From an uncultured delta proteobacterium (GTDB lineage Bacteria; Desulfobacterota; Binatia; DP-6): a DNA stretch of 64,000 bases. The stretch is from NCBI GenBank assembly GCA_963815115.1, contig CAWFFN010000008.1, forward strand, positions 640,001 to 704,000. Reading direction: 5' to 3'. Each line of letters begins with the position of its first letter. The stretch's first letter is position 1. The notes below the pieces were generated by a model. It was not told where the DNA came from. It saw nothing but the letters and a program-made list of their open reading frames with translations, and made no database searches. Made by a program: the position numbers and the translations under genes. Of the stretch, positions 49,893 through 61,084 are shown piece by piece.

Positions 49893-51131
49893 GTGACCTC
49901 TCCCCTCAGGGCGTCGGCACACGACGGGATCGGGCCCGCCCATCGTGCGCCGCCTGGCTGGCGCCTGACCCTGGCGATCGCGCTCATCGCCTGGGGCTGC
50001 GGACCGCCCAGGCCGCTGACGCCGACCCCGCCCGACCAGCTGACTCCGCTCGTGGGGTCCGTGACCGCCGAGCCGCGCCCGGTGCTCGGCGCCGACGACC
50101 GCGTCCATCTGGTCTACGAGCTGGTGCTGACGAACATGTTCGCGGCGCCGGCGACCCTGGACGCCGTGGAGGTGCTGAACGACTCGCGGGGCGGCGCCGT
50201 GATCAGCCGGATCGAGGGTCCGGCGCTGGCGCGCATGATGCGGCCCTTCGGCAGCGCGAAGATGGCGACCGGGACCACGCTGGGCCCGGGCCAGTCGGGA
50301 GTGGTCTTCCTGGACGTCACCTTCGGACCGCAGGAGACGCTGCCCAGCAGGCTCTCGCACCGCCTCTCCGTCTTGGCGCGCACCGGCGCGCCGACCGTTA
50401 CCGTCTTCGAGGCGGCGCCGACCCCGGTGTCGCGCCGCCGCGCCGTCGTCATCGGTCCGCCGCTGCAGGGCGACCGCTGGCTGGTGGCCAACGGCTGCTG
50501 CGACGCGCTCAACTCGCACCGCGGCGCCCTCACGCCGATCAACGGTGGTCTCCACGTCCCGGAGCGCTTCGCGATCGACTTCGTCCAGCTCCAGCCGGAC
50601 GGCCGCCTCTACGTCGGTCCGCAGCACGACCTCACGAGCTATCCCTACTTCGGCGCCCCGGTCCTGTCGGTGGCGTCCGGGGTGGTGGTGAACCGCCAGG
50701 ACGACCAGCCCGAGCAGGTGCCGGGCAAGCCCGCGGTCGGGGTCGACGCGGCGACGGCGGGCGGCAACTACCTGGTGGTCGACATCGGGCGCGGCAACTA
50801 TGCCTTCTACGCCCACATGCAGCCGGGGAGCCTGCGCGCCCGGCTCGGGGAGCACGTGGAGCGCGGGCAGATGCTCGGGCTCGTCGGCAACAGCGGCAAC
50901 ACCGATGCGCCGCACCTGCACTTCCACGTCATGGACGGCCCGGCGCCCCTGGCGTCGAACGGCCTGCCCTACGAGGTCTCGGCCTTCGAGGGCCAGGGCG
51001 TGGCGACGGACGACGCGCCGCTCTTCGAGGGCAAGGCCGCGCCGCTCGACGCGGCGGCCCTCGCCGGCCGGCATCGCGATCAGCTCCCGCTCGACCGCCA
51101 GATCGTCAACTTCTCGGTGCCGGCCGACTGA
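49893..51131 (+). CDS. M23 family metallopeptidase, probable lipoprotein
   Basis: Lipobox AWGC, H...FAID, YAHMQ, GNSGNTDAPHLHF. Start uncertain. Confidence 0.85.
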   Translation: MTSPLRASAHDGIGPAHRAPPGWRLTLAIALIAWGCGPPRPLTPTPPDQLTPLVGSVTAEPRPVLGADDRVHLVYELVLTNMFAAPATLDAVEVLNDSRGGAVISRIEGPALARMMRPFGSAKMATGTTLGPGQSGVVFLDVTFGPQETLPSRLSHRLSVLARTGAPTVTVFEAAPTPVSRRRAVVIGPPLQGDRWLVANGCCDALNSHRGALTPINGGLHVPERFAIDFVQLQPDGRLYVGPQHDLTSYPYFGAPVLSVASGVVVNRQDDQPEQVPGKPAVGVDAATAGGNYLVVDIGRGNYAFYAHMQPGSLRARLGEHVERGQMLGLVGNSGNTDAPHLHFHVMDGPAPLASNGLPYEVSAFEGQGVATDDAPLFEGKAAPLDAAALAGRHRDQLPLDRQIVNFSVPAD

Positions 51132-51311
51132 GGAAAGTCCCGACGACCGGCGGCGGGATACTTCGCACGGCAATAGCCGCGACCCGCGCCGACGACTACT
51201 TCGCGATATACTACCCCGCTGTGTATCTGGCAGATTGCATCTCTACCATTGACATTGCGGCCACGTCGCGGTAGACCACCGTCCCACGTCGGCCGGTCGG
51301 AGGGGAATCTG

Positions 51312-52702
<1,391 letters not shown>

Positions 52703-52744
52703 GCAGCCTGGCGTGGACTGCGAGCGCGGTATAGCTCCGACCCC

Positions 52745-53743
52745 ATGGTCGACATCATCTCGCCCCTTCGCGTCTTCGACGCCCTCACCGGCTATCAACG
52801 GACCGCGGCGCTCAAGGCGGCGGTCGACATCGGCCTGTTCACTGCCATCGGCGCCGGGGTGACGACGTTGCCGGAGCTGGCGGCGCGCTGCGGCGCCGCC
52901 GAGCGCGGCGTGCGCGCACTGGCGAACCGGCTGGTGGTGGACGGCTTCCTCACCAAGGACGGCGAGCGCTACGGCCTCTCCCCGGACGCCGCCATGTTCC
53001 TCGACGGCAGCTCGCCGGCGTGCATCGCGTCGGCCGTGCACTTCTTCAGCCAGCCCACCATCCGGGGCGCATTCGACACGCTCACCGACGCCGTCCGGCG
53101 CGGCGGCACGGCGCTCGATCACGACGGCTCGATCGCCCCGGAGCATCCCCTGTGGGTGGAGTTCGCCCGGAACATGGCGCCGCTCTCGGGCCTGGTCGCC
53201 GAGGTGCTGGCTGCGCAGCTCGGACCGGTTCACGGATCCGTGCTCGACATCGCCGCCGGCCACGGGCTCTACGGCATCACCCTCGCCCGGCACAACCCCG
53301 ACGTCCGCCTGACCGCGCTCGACTGGCCCGCCGTCCTCGAGGTGGCCAGGGAGAACGCCCGCACGGCCGGCGTGGCGGATCGCTTCACCACCCTGCCGGG
53401 CAGCGCCTTCGACGTCGACCTCGGGAAAGGGCACCAGGTCATCCTCCTCACCAACTTCCTGCACCACTTCGACCCGGCCACCTGCGAGCGCCTGCTCCGC
53501 CGCGTGCGCGCCGCCCTCGCTCCGGGGGGACGCGCCGTCACCGTCGAGTTCGTGCCCGACGAGTCGCGCGTGTCACCGCCCGAGGCCGCAGTCTTCAGCC
53601 TGACGATGCTCGCGTCGACGCCGGCGGGTGACGCCTACACGCTCGCGGAGTACCGCAAGATGTTCACCGCCGCCGGCTTCTCGGAGGTGGCGCTGCACGC
53701 ACTCCACCCGACGCCGCAGCAGGCGCTGGTCGCCGTCGCCTGA
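52745..53743 (+). CDS. O-methyltransferase (dimerisation plus SAM domain)
   Basis: Motifs LKAAVDIGLF, LDIAAGHG, LDW, NFLHHF. Confidence 0.9.
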   Translation: MVDIISPLRVFDALTGYQRTAALKAAVDIGLFTAIGAGVTTLPELAARCGAAERGVRALANRLVVDGFLTKDGERYGLSPDAAMFLDGSSPACIASAVHFFSQPTIRGAFDTLTDAVRRGGTALDHDGSIAPEHPLWVEFARNMAPLSGLVAEVLAAQLGPVHGSVLDIAAGHGLYGITLARHNPDVRLTALDWPAVLEVARENARTAGVADRFTTLPGSAFDVDLGKGHQVILLTNFLHHFDPATCERLLRRVRAALAPGGRAVTVEFVPDESRVSPPEAAVFSLTMLASTPAGDAYTLAEYRKMFTAAGFSEVALHALHPTPQQALVAVA

Positions 53744-53752
53744 GCCCGGCCG

Positions 53753-54277
53753 TCAGTGTCCGCGCTGCGCTTCGGCGGCGGCGCGGGCGGGCATCGAGGA
53801 GACGTCGCCCTCGCGCGAGAGCGAGGCGGCCGTCGCGTCGAGCACGGAGAGGAATCCGCGCCGCTCGCGCTCCGGGAGCGTGCGGTACATGCTGATGAGG
53901 CGGTCGAGCGCCGGATCGCTCAGGATCGGCGTGGCCGGCTGCTCGTCCTCCTGCATCGGCGGTACCATGTGCTCCGCCGTCTCCAGCATGGTCCGGGCGG
54001 AATCGGTGAGCAGCTCCGCCGGGAGCCGCCGGAGCGCCTGCGCCATCACCCGGTTCAGCTTGACGAAGGTGAGGAGCGGCGTTGCCATTCCCCGTCCGGC
54101 CTCGACCCGGCTCACCGCGCCCTGGCTCACGTCCGCGAGGCGGGCGAGCTGGTCCTGGGAGAGCCCCAGGAACTCGCGCGCCTTGCGGATGCGCTGGCCG
54201 GCATCCCGTATGAACTTCGGCCAGTCGGGCTTCGGCTGGGTGGGGACGGTTAGGTCTTTTCCGAGAAGCGACACCAT
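53753..54277 (-). CDS. XRE-family HTH regulator
   Basis: IRKAREFLGLSQDQLARLADVSQGAVSRVEAG. Confidence 0.85.
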   Translation of the reverse strand: MVSLLGKDLTVPTQPKPDWPKFIRDAGQRIRKAREFLGLSQDQLARLADVSQGAVSRVEAGRGMATPLLTFVKLNRVMAQALRRLPAELLTDSARTMLETAEHMVPPMQEDEQPATPILSDPALDRLISMYRTLPERERRGFLSVLDATAASLSREGDVSSMPARAAAEAQRGH

Positions 54278-54345
54278 CGCCTCCGACTGCAAGCCGCGTG
54301 CCCCCATCCGTGCGCGGGCCTGACTGGCAAAATATTGACGAAGAT

Positions 54346-54392
54346 GGGAACGCGAGTTCTCACCCTCGCAGGCGATGGGTACCGCGGTTCCC
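54346..54392. promoter_or_regulatory. Pair of GGG(A/T)AC-N4-GTTC(T/C)C palindromic operators
   Basis: GGGAACGCGAGTTCTC (54346-54361) and GGGTACCGCGGTTCCC (54377-54392), 31 bp apart and both preceded by GAT. Confidence 0.55.
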
Positions 54393-54437
54393 TCCGGACA
54401 GCCCCGCCGACGCGCCTCGAAGGATGCCCTGCACCGA

Positions 54438-54465
54438 TTGACGGCGTATCACGACGTGATACATC
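54438..54465 (+). promoter_or_regulatory. Promoter with a perfect palindromic operator
   Basis: TTGACG (54438-54443) followed by GTATCACG-A-CGTGATAC (54446-54462), just upstream of the GTG at 54472. Confidence 0.65.
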
Positions 54466-54471
54466 GAGGCC

Positions 54472-54888
54472 GTGCCGGGGCACGAGCCCAAGGAGCGCTG
54501 GCTGCATGCGCGGATCTCGGAGGCCCTCGAGGAGGCCCTCAAGCGCGAGGCGCAGCGCCGCCGCCAGCCGGTGTCGCTGCTGGTGCGGAACGTCCTCGAG
54601 GGCGCGCTCGACCTGGTCGAGGACATCGTCGAGACGAGCCTCGCCGCGTCACGGCTTGGCCGGCGCCGGCGCCCGACCAGCCGGGCCTCGGGCCTGGACG
54701 ACGTCTACGGCTGGCAAGAGCTGGTACTGAACCGCGGGACCGCCTGCGCCCGCTGCGAGGTGCAACTGGCGGCCGGCGACGGCGCCTGGCGCGGCCTGCG
54801 TGAGCGCCAGGCCCCGCCCGTCTTCCTGTGCCCGCCCTGCGTCGGCCGGCTCCGCCGGACCACCCACAACGAGGAGGATTCACCATGA
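54472..54888 (+). CDS. Ribbon-helix-helix plus C-terminal Zn-ribbon protein
   Basis: LHARISEALEEALKREAQRRRQPVSLLVRNVLE, then CARC...CPPC. Confidence 0.75.
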   Translation: MPGHEPKERWLHARISEALEEALKREAQRRRQPVSLLVRNVLEGALDLVEDIVETSLAASRLGRRRRPTSRASGLDDVYGWQELVLNRGTACARCEVQLAAGDGAWRGLRERQAPPVFLCPPCVGRLRRTTHNEEDSP

Positions 54889-55340
54889 CGACCACCGATC
54901 ACCACGGCTGCCACGGCCCGAACGCCGACTGGGAGCAGGTCGGCCGCGCCGCCGAGCGCTTCGCCCGCCGGGTTGCGGATGACGCCAAGCACTTCGCGGA
55001 GCGGGTGGAGGAGCATGTGGTCTCCTTCGCCCGGGATCTGCGGAAGGAGTGGCGGGGGGCTGGCGGGGCCGGGGCCGCGGGTCCTGGCGAAGAGATGCGC
55101 CGCATGTTCGACGACGTGGGCGCAATGGTGCGCGGTGTCGTCGACGGCGTCGACGAGCTGATCTCCGGGCTGTTCAAGGAAGCCGAGGGGGAGTGGGCGC
55201 TGGTCGTCCTCAATCGCGATGCCACGTGTGGTGGGTGCGGGAAGACGGCGAAGACGGGCAGCGAGGCGTGGGTGCGGAGGTCGGCGGTGGGGACGGAGTT
55301 CAGGTGCGGGCAGTGCGGCGTGCCGGGGGAGAAGCCGTAG
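54885..55340 (+). CDS. Helical protein with a C-terminal Zn ribbon paralogous to the upstream gene
   Basis: GAGGAGG RBS, ATGA overlap, WALVVLNRDATCGGC...AWVR...FRCGQC. Confidence 0.75.
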   Translation: MTTTDHHGCHGPNADWEQVGRAAERFARRVADDAKHFAERVEEHVVSFARDLRKEWRGAGGAGAAGPGEEMRRMFDDVGAMVRGVVDGVDELISGLFKEAEGEWALVVLNRDATCGGCGKTAKTGSEAWVRRSAVGTEFRCGQCGVPGEKP

Positions 55341-55387
55341 GCCGCGATGGGCACAAAGGTGCCCTCGAGGCGCTCGACTCGGTGATT

Positions 55388-55462
55388 GGTAGCAGAGCGG
55401 TAGCAAACGCGGGTCAAACGGGCGCGGTCCCTGGGCTACGTGTCCGCTACCGAAGTGCTACC
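55388..55462. repeat. Inverted arrays of GGTAGC units with 11-bp periodicity
   Basis: GGTAGCA at 55388 and 55399. Reverse-oriented GCTAC(C/G) at 55435, 55446 and 55457. Confidence 0.6.
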
Positions 55463-55533
55463 GGGTGTGGCGCGAAGGAGACGACCGTAGTCTCTCATGC
55501 GGGATCAGCGTGAGGCGCGCTAGTCCTCCAGAC

Positions 55534-55562
55534 TTGACCATCATGACCATGCTCGCGATACT
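55534..55562 (+). promoter_or_regulatory. TA promoter with TGACCAT direct repeats
   Basis: TTGACC-N17-GATACT. TGACCAT at 55535 and 55544. Confidence 0.6.
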
Positions 55563-55568
55563 GCCGCC

Positions 55569-55838
55569 ATGGCGCGCTCCTATCCCGTCCATGAGGCCAA
55601 GGCGAAGCTAAGCGAGATTCTTCGCAAGGTGAAGCGGGGACGTGGCGTGGTGATCTCGGACCGCGGACGAGAGGTTGCCCGCGTTGTCCCGATCGAGACG
55701 CCGAAGGCGCTCGGCGAGCGTATCGTCAGGTTAGAGGAAGAGGGGTCCATTCTGCCGCGAGACGGAAGCGCCATGCTGATCAGGCCCGTTGCACGTCGCC
55801 GGGGAGCCTTGCGCCGCTTTCTCGAGTCGCGGGCGTGA
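55569..55838 (+). CDS. Phd/YefM family antitoxin
   Basis: HEAKAKLSEILRKVKRGRGVVISDRGREVARVVP. Confidence 0.9.
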   Translation: MARSYPVHEAKAKLSEILRKVKRGRGVVISDRGREVARVVPIETPKALGERIVRLEEEGSILPRDGSAMLIRPVARRRGALRRFLESRA

Positions 55839-56227
55839 GTATTGCCTACCTGGACACCTCGTTTTTCATCGCGATCGTCCTCGGGGAGCCCGGGGCCGCC
55901 CGCCTGCAGCGGACCCTCGCCGCGCAGGATCGCGTCCTGACGGGCGATCTCCTGGTCGCCGAGGCCCTTGCTGCAGCAGTGCGCGAAGGAGTTGAAATCG
56001 AGCTCCTGCGTCCGGCGCTGAGTGCCGTCACGCTCGTGCTGCCCTCACGATCCCTCGAAGAGGAGATGCGGCAGGCGCTCGAGTTCGGCCGGCTGCGCGG
56101 CGCGGATCTCTGGCACGTCGCCTGCGCGTTGTTCGTGGCCGGGTCCGCGCGCGGCGAACTCAGGTTCCTCTCGCGTGACAGCGTGCAGCGGACTGTCGCG
56201 AGGAGACTGGGGTTCCCCACCCCGTGA
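55835..56227 (+). CDS. vapC: PIN-domain toxin
   Basis: Motifs YLDTS, AE, LRGADLWHVACA, SRD. GTGA overlap. Confidence 0.88.
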   Translation: MSIAYLDTSFFIAIVLGEPGAARLQRTLAAQDRVLTGDLLVAEALAAAVREGVEIELLRPALSAVTLVLPSRSLEEEMRQALEFGRLRGADLWHVACALFVAGSARGELRFLSRDSVQRTVARRLGFPTP

Positions 56228-56365
56228 AACGCCACCTACGTGCCGTGGTGGCAGTCCCATCGCGTCAGGTCAGCCGAGAGCTGCTGTCGCGAAGCCTTGC
56301 GGGCTCGTCCAGGGTTCGGTACTTGTTGCACCTCGCCGGCGCGGGAGGTCGAGGCTCCGGCGAAT

Positions 56366-56438
<73 letters not shown>

Positions 56439-56524
56439 CTCTCGGGCGTCAGCCTGCCGGTCGAAAGATGGTGATGGCGCCCTCCAGGAGGGATGCGCTC
56501 ACGTCGGTGCGGCGGAGCAGGGTG

Positions 56525-56974
56525 TGGAGCATCGAGAAGATGAAGCTTGAGTTCGAGGCAGGGCTGGCCGCCGCTGGACGCGCCCGAACGGCAGTGGAGG
56601 TGAATCTCTGGCCCTGAGTCGCGCCGAGCGGGAACGTGCACGAGGCGATCCACGACGCGCGCCCGACGATGGCCTTCTACGGGGGCATCAAACAGTACGA
56701 ACCCTTCTTCGAGGCCCACGGTTTCGGAGACGTCGCGCGGCGTCTGCAGGCGGGCGTACAACGGGGCGACTACCTGAGCGTGGCCCCTCTGGTCCCGGAC
56801 GAGATGGTTCGCGCGTTCGTGGCGGTGGGGGTCGGCCGACGAGGTGCGCTCGCGGGTCGAGTCGCTCCGGACCTTCGCCGACTCCCTCTGTCCGGTGCCG
56901 CCGGTGTACGGCTGCCGTTCGAAAAGATCGCCCGCTACCACAACGCGATCGCACACACCCTCTACCCGGCATGA
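56525..56974 (+). pseudogene. C-terminal remnant of an LLM-class oxidoreductase
   Basis: ...EAGLAAAGRAR...ARPTMAFYGG...VPDEMVRAFVAVG. In-frame TGA at 56615, frameshifts near 56830 and 56910, and no N-terminal half. Confidence 0.7.
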
Positions 56975-57065
56975 AAGGCGCCGCCACGGCTTTGAGCGGG
57001 CGGCTCCCCGGATCCCGGTTTCCGGGCGCGAAGGGGACCGTCGCCGCTGCACCACGTCCCGCCAG

Positions 57066-57165
57066 CAGCATGCCGCGGAGAGTGAAACCCTCGATGCCCT
57101 GCTCGTCGATGAGCGCGAGCGTGGCGTTGAGCAGCGCTCCGGCGCAGCTCGCCATGGTGCCAGCT
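57066..57165 (-). pseudogene. TetR-family N-terminal remnant
   Basis: WHHGELRR [frameshift] ALLNATLALIDEQGIEGFTLR, then truncated. Imperfect palindrome CTTGACAATGTCGAG at 57198-57212. Confidence 0.6.
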
Positions 57166-57294
57166 CGCGCCATCGCCGCGTTCGTCCGTAGCCTTCTCTT
57201 GACAATGTCGAGCCACCGAAGGCATCTGAACGACGTCAAGAGCGGCCGGGAGGACGTCGACGTCGCCCCCGGCGCGACCAGGGGAGGACAGTCC

Positions 57295-58530
57295 GTGACC
57301 CCCAAGCCCGGCGTCAGGTGGCCCAGCGTGCCGTTCGAGGAGTACGCCGGCCGCATCGCGCGAGCGCGCGAGTGTCTGGCGCATCACCGCCTCGACGCGA
57401 TGATCCTCTTCTCGCCCACCAACTGGTGGTACTACGGCAACTTCACCGATGCCGCGCAGATGCACAACGCCATCTGGCGCACCGCGATGATCGTCTCGCA
57501 GGAGCGTGACCCGGTGGTGGTGACTGACACCTCGTTCGTGTGGACCTTCATGCACACCTCGTGGGTGGAGGACGTCCGCTACCATAGCGCCGCGCCGCAC
57601 CCGCAGGTCAGAGCGATGCGCGCCGACGACGACTTCTATCGTCTGCTCTTCGACACGGTGCGGAACCAGGGGCTGGCGCGCGGGACCATCGGGCTCGAGA
57701 CCGGCGCGGACATCGCCACCTACCTCTCGGTGGACGAGTACCGGAAGATCTGCGACGCGCTGCCTGACGCGACGATCGTCTCGGCGGACGACACGATCTT
57801 CGCCCAGCGCGCCATCAAGACATCCCACGAGCAGGCGATCATCCGCGAAGGCGCGCGGCGCTCCTGCCTGGCCGTGCGGGCGGCGTTCGATGCCATCCGG
57901 CCCGGCATCAGCGAACGCGAGGTCCACCGCGCGTTCTGGCGCGCCGCCGTCGACCTCGACCTCGTCGAGTCGCCGTATCAGGGCAACTGGCTCTGCTTCT
58001 CCACCAACGCCGGCGAGACGGTCTTCGGGCAGCGCTGGATCACGGGACCCGTCGATCGCATCATCCGTGTCGGCGACTACGGCAACAGTGACAGCGGGCC
58101 CTCCTACAAGATGTATCAGTTCGACTTCCAGCGAGCCTTCTACGTCGGCCCGCCGCCGCAGGAAGTGCTCGACTGGTATGCCATCGGCCGCGACGCACTG
58201 TACGAGACCATCGACGCGGTCAGGCCCGGCGTGCGGGCGGGAGACCTCTTCGAGACGTCACTGCGGGCGGTGACGAGGCGTGGCGCGCCCGAGCACCCGA
58301 TCTGCTTCATCGGTCACGGCGAGGGGCTCGCGAACCACGAGCCACCCTGGCTGGTTGCCGGCAACCCCGCGGTCATCGCGCCGGGCATGGTGCTGGCGAT
58401 CGAGGTCGGCGCCTTCCACGAGAGCACCACGTACGTTGGCGCGATGCCCGAGGAGCTCGTCCTGGTCACCGACACGGGCATCGAGAACCTCACCGCTCAC
58501 ATGTCCACCGAGCTCTACGTCGTCACCTGA
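57295..58530 (+). CDS. M24 family (Xaa-Pro peptidase/creatinase-like) hydrolase
   Basis: GGGGAGG RBS, RAIKT..E, D...D, GHGEG..HEPP, IE, EE. Confidence 0.88.
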   Translation: MTPKPGVRWPSVPFEEYAGRIARARECLAHHRLDAMILFSPTNWWYYGNFTDAAQMHNAIWRTAMIVSQERDPVVVTDTSFVWTFMHTSWVEDVRYHSAAPHPQVRAMRADDDFYRLLFDTVRNQGLARGTIGLETGADIATYLSVDEYRKICDALPDATIVSADDTIFAQRAIKTSHEQAIIREGARRSCLAVRAAFDAIRPGISEREVHRAFWRAAVDLDLVESPYQGNWLCFSTNAGETVFGQRWITGPVDRIIRVGDYGNSDSGPSYKMYQFDFQRAFYVGPPPQEVLDWYAIGRDALYETIDAVRPGVRAGDLFETSLRAVTRRGAPEHPICFIGHGEGLANHEPPWLVAGNPAVIAPGMVLAIEVGAFHESTTYVGAMPEELVLVTDTGIENLTAHMSTELYVVT

Positions 58531-58713
58531 GCGCGCAGCGCCGGCAGCCACCTTGCGCACGCTACAAAACAGCGCAGGGCGAATGGAAAACGGCCATGCT
58601 CGCGCGGAATCATCGCGGCGGCTGAAGCGAAAGCGGAGCACTGGACAGCGGCCGCCTGGTCGCTGGAACGCCGCCCTCTCCAGGATCAGAGACGACCGAG
58701 ACGGCAGAGAGGA

Positions 58714-59405
58714 TTACAGCCGTACCGTGTACTCCATGCCGTCTCCGAGGAACAACGTCACCGAGAGAAAACCGTTGAGGGGATCCTGCACGTACGCGAC
58801 GTAGGGTGCGAGCGCCCACCGAAACGTGAAGATATTGTCGGCCAGCACCACGGCGCCCCGCCGCAGACCAGGCGTGAGCATCTTGAGCATCGAGAGGTAG
58901 AGCTGCTTGAAGCCATCGAGGAGCACCATGTCGACCGTCCCGCCGGGATCCTTTAGGGTCTCCTGCGCGTCCCCTTCGCGGATCTCGACGAAGGTACTCA
59001 GGCCGGCCTCCTCGAGGTTGCGGCGCGCGGTCGCGACCTTTCCCGGTTCGAGTTCGGAGCCCACGACGACACCGCCGCCGTTGTCGCGCACCGCCGCGGC
59101 CAGGTACGTCGTCGAGATGCCAAAGGAGGTGCCGAACTCGACGATGCGTTGAGCGCGCAGGGAGCGCGCGACGAGATACAGGAGCTGGCCCTGCTTTGGC
59201 GACACGGGCACGTAGAGATCCTTGAGACGCTCCACCTCCTCCGCCACGGACGGTTCGTGGCCACGGAGCTTGTCGCCGACGAATGACCCCAGCAGACGGA
59301 CCAAGCTCAGGGTTTGCTTGCCCGCGTCCGCGTGCAGGCGATCGAGCACCCTCCGGACGCGCGGGTCGGCGATCGCGCACGGCGCACGGCTCGACGAGTC
59401 CTGTG
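58714..59405 (-). CDS. O-methyltransferase split from its native start codon by IS256
   Basis: Motifs VEFGTSFGIST, GDAQETL, VLLDG, ADN. The native ATG is at 60727-60725, beyond the IS. Confidence 0.85.
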
Positions 59406-60715
59406 GGCCGCGTCCGCGCAAGTGGTGTACGGGCGCCTCGCGGCACCCTCACGTGATCGCTAGGCGGCGCGCTTCGACTTCGTCTCCTTCGGATCGGGCG
59501 CCGGCAGCGAGACCGGCGCCGGCTTGAGCAGCCCGTCCACGGTCAGGTAGCGGCGCACGACCGCCCACTCGTCGTTCTGCTCGGCGAGGACCGCGCCGAC
59601 CAGCCGCACCACGGCGTCGCGATTCGGGAAGATGCCGACGACGTCCGTCCGCCGCTTCAGCTCGCGGTTGAGCCGCTCCTGCGGATTGTTCGACCAGATC
59701 TGCCGCCAGTGCTCCTTGGGGAAGCCGGTGAAGGCGAGTAGGTCTTCGACGGCATCGGCCAACAGCCGCGCTGCGTCCGGCCACCGCGGCTCGAGCTGTT
59801 CGACGACGCGCGCGTGCTGAGCCCGCGTGAGCTCGGCGTCGGGCTGCGCGAAGATCGCCCGGACGAGCGTCGCGACCAGGCTCTGCGCGCTCTTCGGCAC
59901 CTTGGTCAGGAGGTTGCGCATGAAGTGGGTACGGCACCGCTGCCACGCCGCGCCGGGGAGCGTCGCGGCGAGCGCGGTCCGCAAGCCGGTGACGATCTCG
60001 AGCCCGAGCACTTCCCGCTTGCCCTCCGCGTTCACGCCGACCGCGACCAACGCCGCGACGTGCACCGTGCGCCCGCCCTCTCGGCACCGCAGCGCGACGG
60101 CGTCCAGCCACACGTAGGGATACGACCCACCGTCCAGCGGCCGTTCCCGGAAACTCGCCACCATGCCGTCCAGGCTCTTCGCCAGCTCCGACACCTGGGA
60201 CTTCGAGAGCCGCGCAATGCCCAGCGTCTGCACCAGGTCCTCGACCTTCCGGGTCGAGACCCCGAGCACATAGCTCTCGGCCACGACCGCGACGAGCGCC
60301 CGTTCCGCCCGGCGCCGCGGCTCCAGCAACCAGCCGGGAAGTACGTGCCCTGGCGCAGCTTCGGCAGCGCCAGGTCGATCGTCCCGAGCCGCGTGTCCCA
60401 CGGTCGGGTCCGGTACCCGTTGCGGGCGTTCACGCGCTCCGCCGTCCGCTCGCCGTACCCCGCGCCGCACAGGGCATCCACCTCCACCGCCATCAGCTTC
60501 GACACCGCTTCCGTCAGGATCTCGCGCAACACATCCGGTGCCGCGCTCTCCAGCATCTTGTGCAGCACCTCAACTCCCGCCATCCTCTCCTCGGCCATCG
60601 CGTCCTCTCCTCCGTCCTCTCGTTGGGCAACGAGTTCGAAGGAGGGTGCCGCGATGGCCTTCGTCTATCCAGCCGCCGCTACCGGGCCTCGTACACCACG
60701 TCGGCGGACACTAAC
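59406..60715 (-). mobile_element. Defective IS256-family insertion sequence
   Basis: Imperfect 26-bp terminal IRs (..GTCCGC....GTGGTGTACG) and a perfect 8-bp TSD GTCCTGTG at 59398-59405 and 60716-60723. Confidence 0.92.
59460..60598 (-). pseudogene. IS256 transposase with a frameshift and an internal deletion
   Basis: Motifs RNGYR, PKLRQG, YVWLDA, WQRCRTHF, SNNPQERLNRELKRR. Frameshift near 60335. The segment with the second catalytic Asp is missing at about 59988. Confidence 0.88.
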
Positions 60716-60828
60716 GTCCTGTGTCATCTGACGGGGGCCGATCCGCAGGTACACGGGCGCTGTCGCCATCGCAAGACCCGATGAGATTCGGCGCTCATCG
60801 AGAGTCAATAGCGCCGCATCACCTGCTC

Positions 60829-60973
60829 GGCGCTTCACCTGCGCGGCCTGGTCGCGAAGATTCCCCGCTCGCGCCGCTGGCGGATTACCCAATTGGGACA
60901 CGCCGTCCTGAGCGCGGCCATCCAGCTCAGCGAGGAGGCGTTCCCCACCGTCTTTCTCAAGACCGCCGCGTGA
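60829..60973 (+). pseudogene. C-terminal remnant of a putative transposase-like protein
   Basis: LHLRGLVAKIPRSRRWRITQLG...EEAFP* resembles the C-terminal winged-helix of an uncharacterised mobile-element protein family (recognised from memory). Confidence 0.45.
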
Positions 60974-61084
60974 CGCGGCAAAGATCTCCGCACGCTGCAG
61001 AGAACTCGGACAGGAAAACTCCACAGGCCCAAAAAGGCGCGCCCGTGCTGTCTGTGGGATCGCGCGCGCTCCGCGCCAGCGTCC

